A stretch of DNA of 63,940 nt, counting the filler, from Sphacelaria rigidula (lineage: Eukaryota): NCBI GenBank assembly GCA_964200075.2. It is 9 parts of 9 records of this genome, joined end to end, with 100 filler letters (N's around TTAATTAATTAA, not from the genome) between each part and the next. Parts side by side here need not be neighbours in the genome. Positions count along the whole stretch, not along the records: positions 49,812 to 56,826 come from CAXNAA020016946.1; positions 56,927 to 63,940 come from CAXNAA020016947.1; 7 more parts are not named here. The stretch is one strand, 5' to 3'. A program made the position numbers and the translations under genes. The notes beneath the pieces are model-generated. The model was not told where the DNA came from and did no database searches. It saw nothing but the letters and a program-made list of their open reading frames with translations. This document shows, piece after piece, positions 49,839-62,600 of this stretch; the stretch's first letter is position 1; each line of letters begins with the position of its first letter.

Positions 49839-51497
49839 ATGAAAAGCACCATCCTCAACATAGATGATCGGCTGTTTCGACATGCGGTGATGCACGCCGT
49901 CCCCCCCAGTAGTTATACCGCGGAAGGTACCGCCAACATTCTTGTCTACATGTACATCCCACTGTGGGGTGTGCCCAAACGCTTATTATCTGGCAACGGC
50001 CCGCATTTTTCAGGCAAACGTTTTGCCGCCGTCAGTGACCTTTTGGGTGCCCATCGCATTTTTACTAGTGCATATCACCCTTCCACCAATGGTGGAACGG
50101 AACGAGTGAACCATACGATGACACAGATGCTTGCTGCTGTAGCGAATGAGAGACAGATGGACTGGGATCTGCACCTGCCCCTTGTCCAGATGAACTACAA
50201 CAATTCAGTCAATGCCGCTACGAGATTGTCGCCGAATCAAATTCATATTGGACGCATGCCTCGGTTACCTTTAACGGTATTCGAACGCAAAAATACAGGT
50301 GGACATCAGAGTCTGGATCGTGATGTTGCAGAGTATCATTTGTCGGCTAGCAATCGTCTTCGTCTTGCATATGAAGTGGTCCGAGAACAAAACCAAATCA
50401 ATTTGGCCAAGGTGGTCAGGGCGAACTCGATGTTGGATGATGTGGTGCATAACCGCCCGGTTTGGAAGGTAAGCCAATGGGCATGGGTGTACAACAATGT
50501 GAAGACCATCAATCAAGGGGCTAGCTCGAAATCATCATCTTTGGATAAAGTGTTGAAGGCGAAGCTACCCTTAAGTTGGTCTGGTCCTTGGGAAATTTTA
50601 GCTGTTGGTCCAAGCGCTACGGCACCCGACAAGAGTCCGATGGGAGCGAAACTTTTGTATTTAGATTTTCCCACGGATGGACCTGGTTTGAAACCGAAAA
50701 ATCGCGTCTCGATGCTACGATGCAAACCGTGCATCCCCCTTCATGACTCCTCGGACATGCCCAAACAACTGCCGGTAGGGCTTAGCCAGTATGTGTTGAC
50801 CAAGTATGCGATCAAAACTCCGCCGTATTATATGATGGTCGAGGATGCGGACGCACCCCTGTAACGCGTTGCGGTAGATAGGATTTCGGGTCATCAAGTG
50901 GTTCGCGGTCTTGGAGGTAAGATAGCGGTATTGTATCAAACACATTGGAAGGGTATCATGCGTGTTACATGGGAGCGTGAGGTTGATTTGCGTCATTTTC
51001 GTCGGGAAATATTGCTGTACTGGGTAGGAGATACCGTCCAACACCGCCCGTTGAATAAGAGATATCGGTCGATGCGCAAGGGAGCTGCCGCTCGGGAACT
51101 GGCACGTGAACACTCAGTGCGGTTTGTTGTGACAGGCTGTAGCCTTCTTTCGCGCTCACAATACATGCAGTGTTTTCACGGAAAACGATTGCCGAAAGGG
51201 GCGTATTTTTGGTATAAGGCCTTGGATTCACTGTGGTGGTTGGGAAAAATTCATTTGGTCGATCCTGCGTCTGACCACTCCTACTTCATCCGTTTCCTTG
51301 ATAACCCGAGCCCCCTTAAGATTCGCTTGGATGATGCTTACTACACCGAGGAGCCGCACGCTCGGAGGGGATCCTGGTGCCTGCAACGACACGACCATGG
51401 CGAACTCGAAACAGTCGTTCTACGGAACACGGACACTGTTCGGGATGCAGATGATTCAGTATGCATCCGAGTCTACTTCCCCAGTCACCTTGCGTAG
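49839..51497 (+). pseudogene. Ty3/Gypsy integrase core with C-terminal chromo-like and Tudor-like extension; one in-frame TAA at 50862
   Basis: LWGVPKRLLSGNGPHF, TSAYHPSTNGGTERVNHTM, YNNSVN, KLPLSWSGPWEIL (GPY/F motif), then VDRISGH..YQTHWKG..TWEREVDL in the same frame. Confidence 0.88.
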
Positions 51498-52609
51498 TGT
51501 ACCGCGTTCGAGTCGCTTGTCTTGCACCGTAGCGTCGTTGGAAACCCATGTGTCCCCCCCCCCGCCCCCCTTTCATTTTGTTTTCGTACTGCTTAGCCCC
51601 GTACTTGTAGTGGTTGATGTCGTGTTGTTGTATCTTGTATTTGATCTTTTGTTTGTATTTTTTTTTTTTTTGTGTTGTGTTTTTTTTTTTGCTTTGAACC
51701 TGATTTTGTGTTTCGGTTTTCTTTGCCTTTACGTCATTTGTTTTGATTTGTTTTTGTCCTTGTTCTTTGTTGGGTTTTTTCTCTTCTTTTCTTCTCTTTT
51801 CGCATCTTGCTTTGTTTTCGTTTTCTTGTGTTCAATGGGTAATTTGCTTGGTTAATCCTGAGGTCATCTGGCAAAGTACAAGTGGCGACCGTTCCATTCT
51901 TGACCCTGAGTCTGGAACCTTGAACGTCCGTCCTCCGCGCCGTACATTCACAACCATTCCGTCTACTGGAACAGTTGCCCCGAGTTATTTTTTATTTTTA
52001 TTTTTCATTGTTCGCACATCTTGTCTTGTTTTGTTATTATATGGTCTTTATTTTTGATTTGTTTGTTTTGATAGAAGAGTTCCCGGAGCAAGCGCTAGCC
52101 ATACCTGAGGCCCACGTCTGGAATATTTGCGCTCTTGTTCAATCGCTCAGCACGCGAATGCCGCCTCTTTCTTCGGGACCGGTCATGACGTGCCTTTTTT
52201 CTGTCATATGTTGTCGAATTTTTGTTGTGTCTTTTCGGTTGAGAGTTTTGAGAGCGAGCGTTGCATATACCTGACCTCCCCGTCTGGTATGATTGCGCTC
52301 TTGCTCAACCGCTCCGTACACACATACCGCCTCCCCCTTCAGTATGGATCGTGACGTGTCCCCTTTTTGTGTGCGTACCACGTTGAGTATTATGTTCACA
52401 TGGGTTTGCCTGAAATGTTTTGACCTTCTTGGCTGAAACTTTTGACCCTGCTTGCTTCATACACACGATAACCGCTCCCGTTTACAACGGCGGTTGCCAC
52501 GTGTTGTTTCTCTGCTTCATGTTGCGGATATTTCGTTTTCGCTGTTGCCCGGCGTGCCCCTGGTTTTGTTTTTATTTTGGTCTTGGTTTTTGCGTCCATG
52601 TCGGGGATT

Positions 52610-53095
52610 TGTCATGAGTGCACCAACGTTCCTGACCCTCGAGTCTAGAACACTTGGCCTACTTTTTATTTGCGAATCCTGCCCCGTGTGACCAACCTCG
52701 TTTATTGGAGGGTCACGGCTGATGCGACGCGATGATTTATACTTGGTGATCGGTAAGTTACAACGAGGTCACCACTGACCACGTCGTACATAGCGGTGTT
52801 ACTTTTGTCATGAAGTCGCGGTATAATCGGTTGTATACGTCTCCTCATACAGGACCATAACGTATCATGATGAGGTAGATTGCTCTTCCGGAACTGTCCG
52901 TTCCGCCATGTCGATATTCGATCGTTGGTACGGCCTACAGGCTCAGAATCCGCCACTCGCTATTTTTTCTGTCACTTTTACCAGTGTTTTGCGTACAATT
53001 ACCCGCTCCTGAAATCGGTCGTTGGTGTTTTGATTTTATAAGGGATTATTGGACGAAGTAACGTGACGGTACGACCGGCTGTGGTTTTTACTACA
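52610..53095 (+). mobile_element. Candidate 3' LTR of the Gypsy element
   Basis: Follows a long T-rich 3' region and ggggatt; starts TGTCA and ends CTACA; no second copy to confirm. Confidence 0.35.
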
Positions 53096-54999
53096 GTTTG
53101 TGTTCGGGCCAGTCTCGTTTTAGTCCGAACGGGCATATACTGTGAGGAGTGGGGTGCGTTGGTCCTCTCTGTCCTGTGTATTTGTCGTGGTTCAGGAATG
53201 TGTTGGGCGATCCGTCTCGGAACTACGTAGTAGGACCGAAGGTTGTGTATCGTTCACTACGTTTCTTTTGACGTGTACGGACACCTGACCTCACAAACCG
53301 GTCGGTTGTTTTCGTATCGTCCTGTGAGGAAACAAAATCGCTGTACGGCTGGATCATCAACCAGACGTCCCAAGCAAGTCGTTGCTCTCACAAACAGGTA
53401 CCGACACTTGACTCACGTCAAATGGGTTGATTTGTCCGTATCATTCTATTCGTTTTTTTTATCAACGTATGGTTTTCGCGGGAAACTATCATTTCCGCGA
53501 CGAAATCGACTGTACGTTGCTGGCTTTTGCTGATTGACTGGGACGAGTGATTAGCATGAACTTGGTTATTGGAGTGGTGTAATGCCTTGGCGGGCTTGCT
53601 TGTTTTTCTACCAATGACCTGAAACAAATCTGGCATCCGAAAAAGAGTGAACTATTTATTCATGAGAACGTTATGGCAGGGTAGGATAATCGTTTCAATG
53701 ATAGGTCTCTTAATTCCTGTGGCTATCCCGGAAATGCTCACGACATTCTGAAGACACTGCATTTTGTGGTATATGGTTTGATTGTTGAGTTTGGATTTGT
53801 TTTATTTTGGATTTCTTATGACTCCGTGTGAAGGGCTCACGGAACATGAGAAGAATAACTATTGTACCGGTTCGAATTTTTTTCTTTGCTTTGTGCTTGT
53901 GTTTGTATGTTATTGGTTTTTTTGTGTTGATCGCCCCTTCCCGTACCCCGCACCAACGAAGACTCGAATTTCAAATGGAGTCCCAGTTTTCTGTGGTGTG
54001 GGAGAGGTGTGGCTCGATGCAAGTTCGTCCCTTTTTGAAAAGAAACTGCACTTGAACGATCCAGGATGGGCTAATGTGATGGCAAATGACTGCGTGCTTA
54101 AATTAAACTAGTTCTTTGGGATCCGCAGATGGGCCCCCAGAAACGACCGGCGGGTATGGAAAGATTCTAGTCGAATGCATGCTGTATAATGCAGGAATTG
54201 GATTGTTTTATTGTTGAAGCGTTGATGTTGGAAAAGGACTATACCCGATTAGCCGCGTGTATCCGCTGCTACTACAGCCTTGATTAGCTAAAGGTACGGC
54301 GCGTCACGGTGATTTTGTATTATGACAAGGTTGTAAGCGGGGCAGGAGGACGTACTGAACAGCTTTTCCCAGCTGTTGTACCTCGCCTACCGAGGTCACT
54401 CGACACACCGACTGCAGCTTGCAGGCATTATTGGATATAAAGAAGAGCTTTTGCTCGTCATCTACCCATCGATCTCCTGCCTTCAGTGTCACGAGTCCAC
54501 AGCCTTATTGACGTGAGTCTTAGCTGTGCTGTACGATCGCCCTCATCCACGTTTGATATTGTATTCTGGCTTTGGGGCTGTGTGATTGTCCCCTTTGACA
54601 GCTGGGCTTTTGTATTGAGAGATTGAAACAGCAGTTTGAGTGTAGCAAGTCGAACCAGGATTGTTGACACCTCACAAGGGTGTGGCTTGCTTGCGTTCGG
54701 CGTATACGGCTTTACTGCTTGCGGTATTGCCTATACCGCCACGACGGTGTATCGCGAGTTGTGCCCACTGTGACACAGCGTGGTAATCGGCAAATCAGCA
54801 TGCGTCTTCAAATCCGACAAGGTCTCATCAGACGAAATACCAAAGTGTAGTCAAGTGCGAAATTGTAGGGAGTTGAGGGTACTATGTGCGGCGGAATTAG
54901 CAAAAAAAAACGGCGGAAATTGGATTTTCGGTTACAGCCAGTTTTGTGCCGCGTGGTGCCGCACAAGCTGTGGCACGATTCCCGATCTTAACACTCAGT

Positions 55000-55600
55000 C
55001 GTTTTCGATAAAATTTGATATGTTGAACAGGAAGTATGTGCAAACACCCCTTCGTTCCTCCCGTGTTTTGTTTTTTTCTTCGTGAGTTATTGGCGACGGA
55101 ACATTTTAGAACAGTTTTCTCGGAACGAAATCGCCAATAGTTCACGCAGAAAAACAACAAAAAACATAGGAGGAAAGGTTCGATTTTCGCACATACGTCT
55201 CGTGCATCGTGTCAAAATTTCGTCGAAAACAGCTTGAAATTGAAAAGCATAAATGCGTTTGAATTATTCGTAACTGGTCCACCTCCATATACTTTAGTAA
55301 CCGCTTGTCGACGGAATGACGTACTTTCTTCGCTCAATTTTGGATCGTTTCCAATGAAATGTTGACACGATGTACAGGACGTATGTGCGAACACCCCACA
55401 TTCCATCCCCTGTTTTTGTTTTGCTTTCTTCGTGAGATATTGGCGAAGAAACATTTCAGAACAGGTTTTTCGGAACAAAATTGCCAATACCCCACGAAGG
55501 AACAAACAAAAACAGGGGATGGAAGGTGGGGCGGCTGTGCATCATGTCAAACTTTTATCGAAAACGATCCGAAATTGAGCCAAGGAAATGCGTTTCAACA
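55000..55600. repeat. Two tandem copies (~350-bp period) of a foldback (palindromic) unit
   Basis: cttcgtgag.tattggcg...gccaata...cacg symmetric about ~55110 and ~55460. Confidence 0.7.
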
Positions 55601-56826
55601 TTCCTGATGGCTTCTTGGGCGACCCAGCTCGTACTGTAGATCTTTATTGTTACTGGAGTTGAACTGGAAATGGTTACGAGACCACCATTGACGCACCCCT
55701 CTGCACCACGCTAGCAACAGTTAGGTCACCACCATACGAATCTGTTTTCACTCCGCATGTCAAGAGGGTCTCCACAAGTGCTTGATCTCTCTCTCACACA
55801 CACCCCAACCGGCCGGAGGCAGGCTCTTGTCGTCGGGCACCCGGAGGGTCACCTGTGTCATATCGGGTAAAATCGACGATCAATAACACCCCCTGAGTTC
55901 AAGTGGATTTGTTGTTTTTGCCCCAGCGCACCGTCCTTGCTGGTATGTGTGTGACAGAGAACAGTAGAAGCGGTGACGAGAACATTGCCCTGTCTTTCAA
56001 CGACATGTTATACAGCGCACAGAGGCGCGTCCTGTCCAAAACGAGAGGTAGAGAGAAATCGATCGTCGCAATGGTGAGCTCCAGAGACATGAAGAGACGA
56101 AATCTCTCCGCACCTCCATTTTCTGTGGGGGGCTGTGCGCACTAACATAATAACATGCGTACCGGCACATGAGAAATTCGTTACGTGCTGGTAGCATACA
56201 TGATGCCAGTCTCTCGAGCGATTGGTAATCGCCGAGTAAGGACACACAAAGGACACTGGCGAGGAGCTTCCTCTCTGTCGTTGCTTCTCTCTCCGGTGAA
56301 ATCGCCATCGACACACGTGTACATCGCATTCGTTCGGTGAATTTAGCCATAACTGAGTCACTGCTCCAAAGTTTTGGGGGGAAGGATGGTTGCGCTCTGT
56401 TACTGTTTCGCGTCATCCCTGATAAAAAGATATGCCACTTGAACCTCACTTGTTATATCGACCCCATTTTCCGGGATCCACTGTTGATCAACGATTTTCG
56501 AATCTCGTACCACGTTCGAAGACAATTTCGAGCAGTACAAGCCTCTTAGCAGCTCAATGTGAGTGGTTGCATCTTTCACGACTTCTTACGATTTTTGCAG
56601 GAAACGTAGGTCGAATGTAATGGAGAGAGGTATGAAGAGGAGTCACACACCTTTCTTGAGAGATCAATGTGCTGCAAGCTTGGTAAGATGCGCAAACGCG
56701 CAAGGTGTCCGAGTCAAACAAGCTGCAGATATACACCTGAAGATTCACATGACTGTTGGTCACGGTAGCGAACAAACAAAGGGAGCTCAAAGGCTTGATA
56801 TGTTTTAATCTCTCACTGATTATTCC

Positions 56827-56926
56827 NNNNNNNNNNNNNNNNNNNNNNNNNNNNNNNNNNNNNNNNNNNNTTAATTAATTAANNNNNNNNNNNNNNNNNN
56901 NNNNNNNNNNNNNNNNNNNNNNNNNN
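56827..56926. other. Artificial contig linker
   Basis: Same N44-TTAATTAATTAA-N44 design. Confidence 0.98.
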
Positions 56927-58697
56927 TGTCCATCTTTCCTGCCTGGTTTCTCGTCGTCCCTTTTATGCCTACCCACATTTGTTTCATACCGCCATTGAAA
57001 TCTTCATTCGTTAGGGGGGGGGGGAGGGGGCGTACTCAATTCTAGGACTGAGGGGGGGTATTGCGGATCGCGGCGTGATGCGGTGGAAGGGGGACAGTAC
57101 ATCGATGGGCCGTTGATTCGGAACGAAGGTACCCGCCTGGAGGGCTGATCGCGGGAACTGGGTAGTACCTGCGGTCAGGGATGAGGATGTTAAGTAATCC
57201 GTCAAGATACGGAGTACATAAACATGCCCCCTACATCTAGTTGAATCCGACTCTTTCTAAGAATCGGTGCAATGCTATGATGCCCTGGTGTTCAGAATGC
57301 TGGTTTGGCTACAGGCTGTCGCTGCCGTGCGCTCGTGTATACACCTGTGTGTGAGCGTGGCCGGCATCCGAAGTCATCGGGATAGCGCGGGCAAGGAGAA
57401 GAAGCAAATATACAAACGTCGCTAAGCTCACCAGACTTTCCGTTTTTTTTCAGTGTTTCTCGATCGATTACTGCAACATGAAAACCAAAACATGACAATT
57501 TTCGAAACATGTCCCTCCGGGATGGAGGGAAGGGGGGACTACGTGTCCGGCGTGTTTCTCTCGATAGACCCTTGTCTCGCCGCAAATGTTTCCAGAACGC
57601 ACTTAGATCAAATCCAGAATATACTTCGTTCTAGTTCTACAGGACTGTTCCTGGTGCCCTTCCCAGTAGGTTCAGAACCAAGCGCAGGATACGGGAACCA
57701 AACACAGGATACCGCACAGTGCGGTATACAGCTCACAATCCTTGCATACTGCAGCCTGTTGGCCATGGGTGAAATGGCCCAATTGACATTTCTTCCAATA
57801 GTGGAAATATATATCACTACAAGCATGACCTATCACGACAGCTCAGCCAAAACAAAGTAGCACAAAACAAAAGTGATCACATTTCGGAGAAAACTACGGT
57901 AGGAAGCGTCCATCCGTACACGAATGGTGAAAAGTTGCAGCTGCGATTTCGGGTGGGGAAGACCTGGACCTGCCAGAAAGTAGGAGGTCTACCACTAGTC
58001 GGGCGGAGGAAGAAGTGGATGCACAGAACTGCCCTTGTGACGAAGGAACAGGGTACAAATCACGTATTGGGAGAATGTGCACTATAAACGATCGGAACGT
58101 GTTGGAGGAGTTGCGGGAACTATACGAATGTTGCACGACATCGTTCAGTACTTGATATAGTAGCGAGAAAACGATCCTCAAACTAGATGTATGGTGGCCA
58201 CATACAAACGGTGAAACAGTGAGGCGATGAGATATGTACTTTTTTATGTGTGAATGTGTGAAAGAAACATCAGTGCCCAAATATTCGAGGTATCTCTATC
58301 AGGAGTAGGAACGATGCTCGGTCTCGAAAGGGGGCGCGTGGTCAACGGTCAAATAACGAAGGCGAGCGACGAATGAGTCGCCCCCTCCCCCCCCCCCTGG
58401 AACCCGTTTGAGGGGAGGCATTATTGTTTGTCAACCACTAAAACACGTCACTCACTGTCGGCATCCACGTTACCGTTTTATTCCGCGCTTGCATTCCTTT
58501 GCGGCAAGCATGACGGTGGTCGAGTTAGGTTATATTATGCAGCGTGAAGAATCTCAACCCCGCGCAAAGGGGTTAAACGTACTACGTACTGCTCAAACGG
58601 TGAGACACCCATGAGGCAGCGTAGCCCGTGGCTATCTCTGGAATTGGCGTTTCCAGAAACTGAATTACCTAACATGAGGTTGCCATTCAAGTGCAAG

Positions 58698-58895
58698 ATT
58701 CAGTACGCTTCCGATCGAACAATATCAGCAGAATGCAGGTCACCCCACATGCGACTCGTCGAATACTTCACGGTGCTCCACGCTTGGTGATTGCAAGCCT
58801 GACCTGGCGAAGATCCGGCGCGCTCCGTCCTGGCTTTGCAGGGATGCAAGGTCAACAGTTTGATGACTACGGCATGCAAGATCGTGAGCACACCC
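58698..58895 (-). repeat. Repeat family R1
   Basis: Reverse complement of 45806..46010. Confidence 0.8.
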
Positions 58896-59614
58896 TGAAG
58901 CGCCGACAATGAAAACAATGGTGGCAGGGTCCGCGGCTATTTTCCTTGCCTACCCTTTGGTAGATCACATGCTGTAGTCACAGAGTACTACTTGCACTCG
59001 AAGGTACAAGTCATAAAAATCTATAACCACCTCTATCATTTGCATTCCGCACGCTTGCCTCATTGAGCTTTGAGAGAAGAGTTCAACGCAAGCTTTCGAA
59101 GTCGATGTGCTACGTCAACGATAAAAAGCGGCCTCATTTGACAACAGACTATGGTTACAAGTATTCCTCTTTTACCACAGACATGATAAAAACAAAAGAA
59201 TATCCTCGCCTCTCTTCTGCAGCTACTACTTGTTGTGTCCCACGTGAGAGCAATCCGTAGACGACTGGTATATACCTCGATGTCTGCCTTGTACAGCTAC
59301 CTGCCCGCGCTCATACATCTCGCTTGCATGACGGCTCCACTCTCGCACAGCTCAGTCCTGCGGTGGGCAGTATATCTTACAGCATCTACATGGGGCAAGG
59401 CAGCCAATCCTCGCCGATGTATTCGTATGGCTACAACACCTCAGCCATAGTGGACTAGGACCAACGACGGCCGCTCGTCGGCTCTGCAGCAGCGAGCCCG
59501 GCAGCGACATTAGCTGCTGCTAGTCAAGGCCCCGGGTTGTGATTTGTACCCGGCGCCAGGTCCTTCATTTCGCCAGGGCTTCCAACTTCGGGCCCATATC
59601 TGTCAACATCTGGG

Positions 59615-62600
59615 TCACACCTTCCATTGCCGTTCCAATTGCCGTTCCAACTTCTGGGTCACATCTTCAAACTTCCGGCTGAGATTGATCGATAGCTCTT
59701 CACTTTGTGCCTTGACTCCCCGCACCTTCTCCTCCAATGTTTGAATTTTCTCATCAACGTGGCCCTTGATTTTATCGACGTTGGTATTGATTTCATCGAC
59801 GTGGTCCTTGATCTCCGCTTGGAGGCGATTCCGGAGGAGCTTAATGTGCTCAACGGTTGTCGGTCTATTGAGTTCATCCTGTCTTACCTCGGGGTCGCTC
59901 ATGGGGTTCTCGAGAAACCGACGGAGATCGTCGGCCCCCACTCGTTCCTTACCGGGAGCTTCCTTCAGTATGTCGTGCACGTCGACATCCTCTGGAAACG
60001 ATGGATCAGCTGAGAACGATGTCGCGGGAACGCTATCCCGAAAGGTTGAACGAAGTCCCAGTAGCCACAGCGCTAGCAAGCCAAGAGGCCCCCCGAAAAA
60101 GCACCATACAAGAAGTTGGAGTATCCACAGCAAGAAAGACCGTGCGCGAGCAAGCCCTGCTGACGACCGTGCGCTTTTCGAGAAGTCCTCGTACGCCGCG
60201 AAGAGCGAGTACGGTGCGGAGACCACCCACAAGAGAGCCCCGGCAGCAACAGCTACCGGACCCAGCAAAAGCCGAAATACCACTTGCCCTATCGCTCGCT
60301 TGGCGCTACTGTATGCCTCGTGCTCCGCCTTCGCCTCGCGCTTCTTGCAACCGTCAATGATTATAAACGGTGATGACAGCACTAGCTGTAACAAATTGAA
60401 GGGGGCGGGAAGCAAATCCTTCTTCACGACCAGCCGGTAGTGTTGAATCAACCGCGCTTTCGAAACCTTGAACTCTCTCTCAGCATTTTCCTGAACCTGG
60501 GTGTGCGACGTACTCAGAACCGCGATGAGAAGGTTGAGAAGAACGATCGTGAAAACGATCAAGTACAGTACGAGTAGAACCGTCGCCACGGTCTCGTAAC
60601 GATTGTATGGTTCTTCCTCGAAGATCTCGAAGAAAGCAGTGTCACCAAGCATAACTTTGAATAGAGTGAGCAGCGTGCCATGATAGGTGTCGATGTCGTC
60701 GAAGAGCGCGAAGAACGACATGGCGAAACCAATCATAATCACGACCATCACGAGCCCGAACTGTACGAGTTGCCCGGTCATACTGAATATCACCTGCCAG
60801 AGCAGGGGTAGAAACGAGGGCGCGCCAGACCGTGCGTGGATCGGTATCTATCGTGATAGCAAGGCGTTGCATACAGACAGCCATGTTCCGTATCGGTGTT
60901 GCGCGCGAAGCCACGGTGGGCGAGACGCCAACTCTCCTCGTGGGAAGACAGAAGCCGCCACCGACGGACCAAATCCTCTTGCAACATTCGTGGGTGTAGA
61001 AAACGAAAAGTTCATTACGCCCTGGCAGGAGGTCACGTGCTTGTGCGATTGCACCAGTTGACGTGGAGCCCACGCTGTAGTTACTCGTAAGCTAAACACG
61101 AGCAAGCAGGAATCACGGAGTCCAGCGCGGTGGAAATCATCTCTACCCTGAGGAACGCCTTATTCATGTTTCATCTTCTGTGGTATGAGGCTTCGCCCGT
61201 CGAAGCTCATATTAAACGTTTGAGTCATGGACTTCCAGACGCAGATGTTTCATGTCTCGGTTTCCAGTAGAGGATCCAAAATGTGTGGGAGCCCATCTCG
61301 TAACAATAATTAGGCGTCTCCGCTCCTTTCATGGCACCAACACGGTAGCAGATGATAATGATATCAGTAACGTCTAGTAGATAGAACTTCATATCAAGAC
61401 CTGGCTCATTATGTAAGTCGCCACCTCAGATGGCCTACAAGACCGTAGACCATGAAGTATCGATTATGCTTGGTCATCATACTCTCTCTATTTTCTCTGA
61501 AACAAATATTTGGATGTAGAGTCGGTTCAACGAGCCCAATACCCATGCCGGGCGATGGAGTTATGACGCAAACGGTTACGTGTGAAGAGCAACTGCACAA
61601 GGGACTCTACGCCTCACCATTTCGTGACACATAGTACATAGCCCAAAACACTTAAGTGGAACTCCTGAAAATGAGCAATAAAACAATTTGTTGTACAAAG
61701 CTAGCAGCGCAGACTAATCAGGGGTGAAAATGACGTAAATAGATGGTTTCAATGTTTCTCTCACAACCGACGGAAAACCATGGGGATGATAATATTTTGG
61801 CATGTGAATTTCGACCAGCATGCCAAGCATAAGGAAACTATCAATAACATGTAACCTCCACTTTGGGGAAGCCGGAAATGAACCCTACTCGCCTGGATCA
61901 TCGGCCCCTGAAAGCGAAGCATTTGGGCGAAAAACAGGATTCGGGAGAACAAAAGTGGGGCGCTAATAGCGTACAAGCCCCGTCCCCACGGACTCGAACT
62001 GTCGAAGACTCGGACCAGGATTCCTCCAACCAAGATAAAGAGGGCCGTCAGGTCTACAGAATTCCACACGTCTTGTGAGTACGCGTTCATGTCTCTTTCC
62101 ATCTCTCTCCCCTCGGCGTATGCGGCGGCCTGATGAGATCCGGAAAGCGTGCCCCAAGAACGGGCGAATGGCACGGGATAATTTAGTTGTTCCATGATTA
62201 GACGCTCCCGGGGCCAAGCAGAACATTTCATGATACAGCCCTGCGGTTTGCGAAACATGCATGTGATCATCAGAGATACATCTCACTACCGTACCCCACT
62301 CGGCCCACTTGAAAATAGGAGGGGAAAGAAAAGACACGAGGCGACCGTGGACGGCTGTGGGTTCTCCAAGCCGAGGTGGTGATATAAACTGCATGTACCA
62401 CACGTTAGGTGATCAACGCGAGCTGCGCATTCCCTTTCGCCCCCAAATATTTTCCGCGGAGCGAAAGCAGCACAGAGAAGGGCTGTCGTGTTGCTGCCTG
62501 GCTACCTCAAACTCACCACTATATATGCCACAAACACCAATTCTCCCGTCGTCACAGCACCATTTCTGTGGAAGAGTACCGCTACGCTGAAGACCGCAAG

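Noticed and set aside
51298..52274. Phe/Leu-rich 'membrane protein' ORFs or an env gene
   Set aside because: Translation of the T-rich 3' region of the Gypsy element
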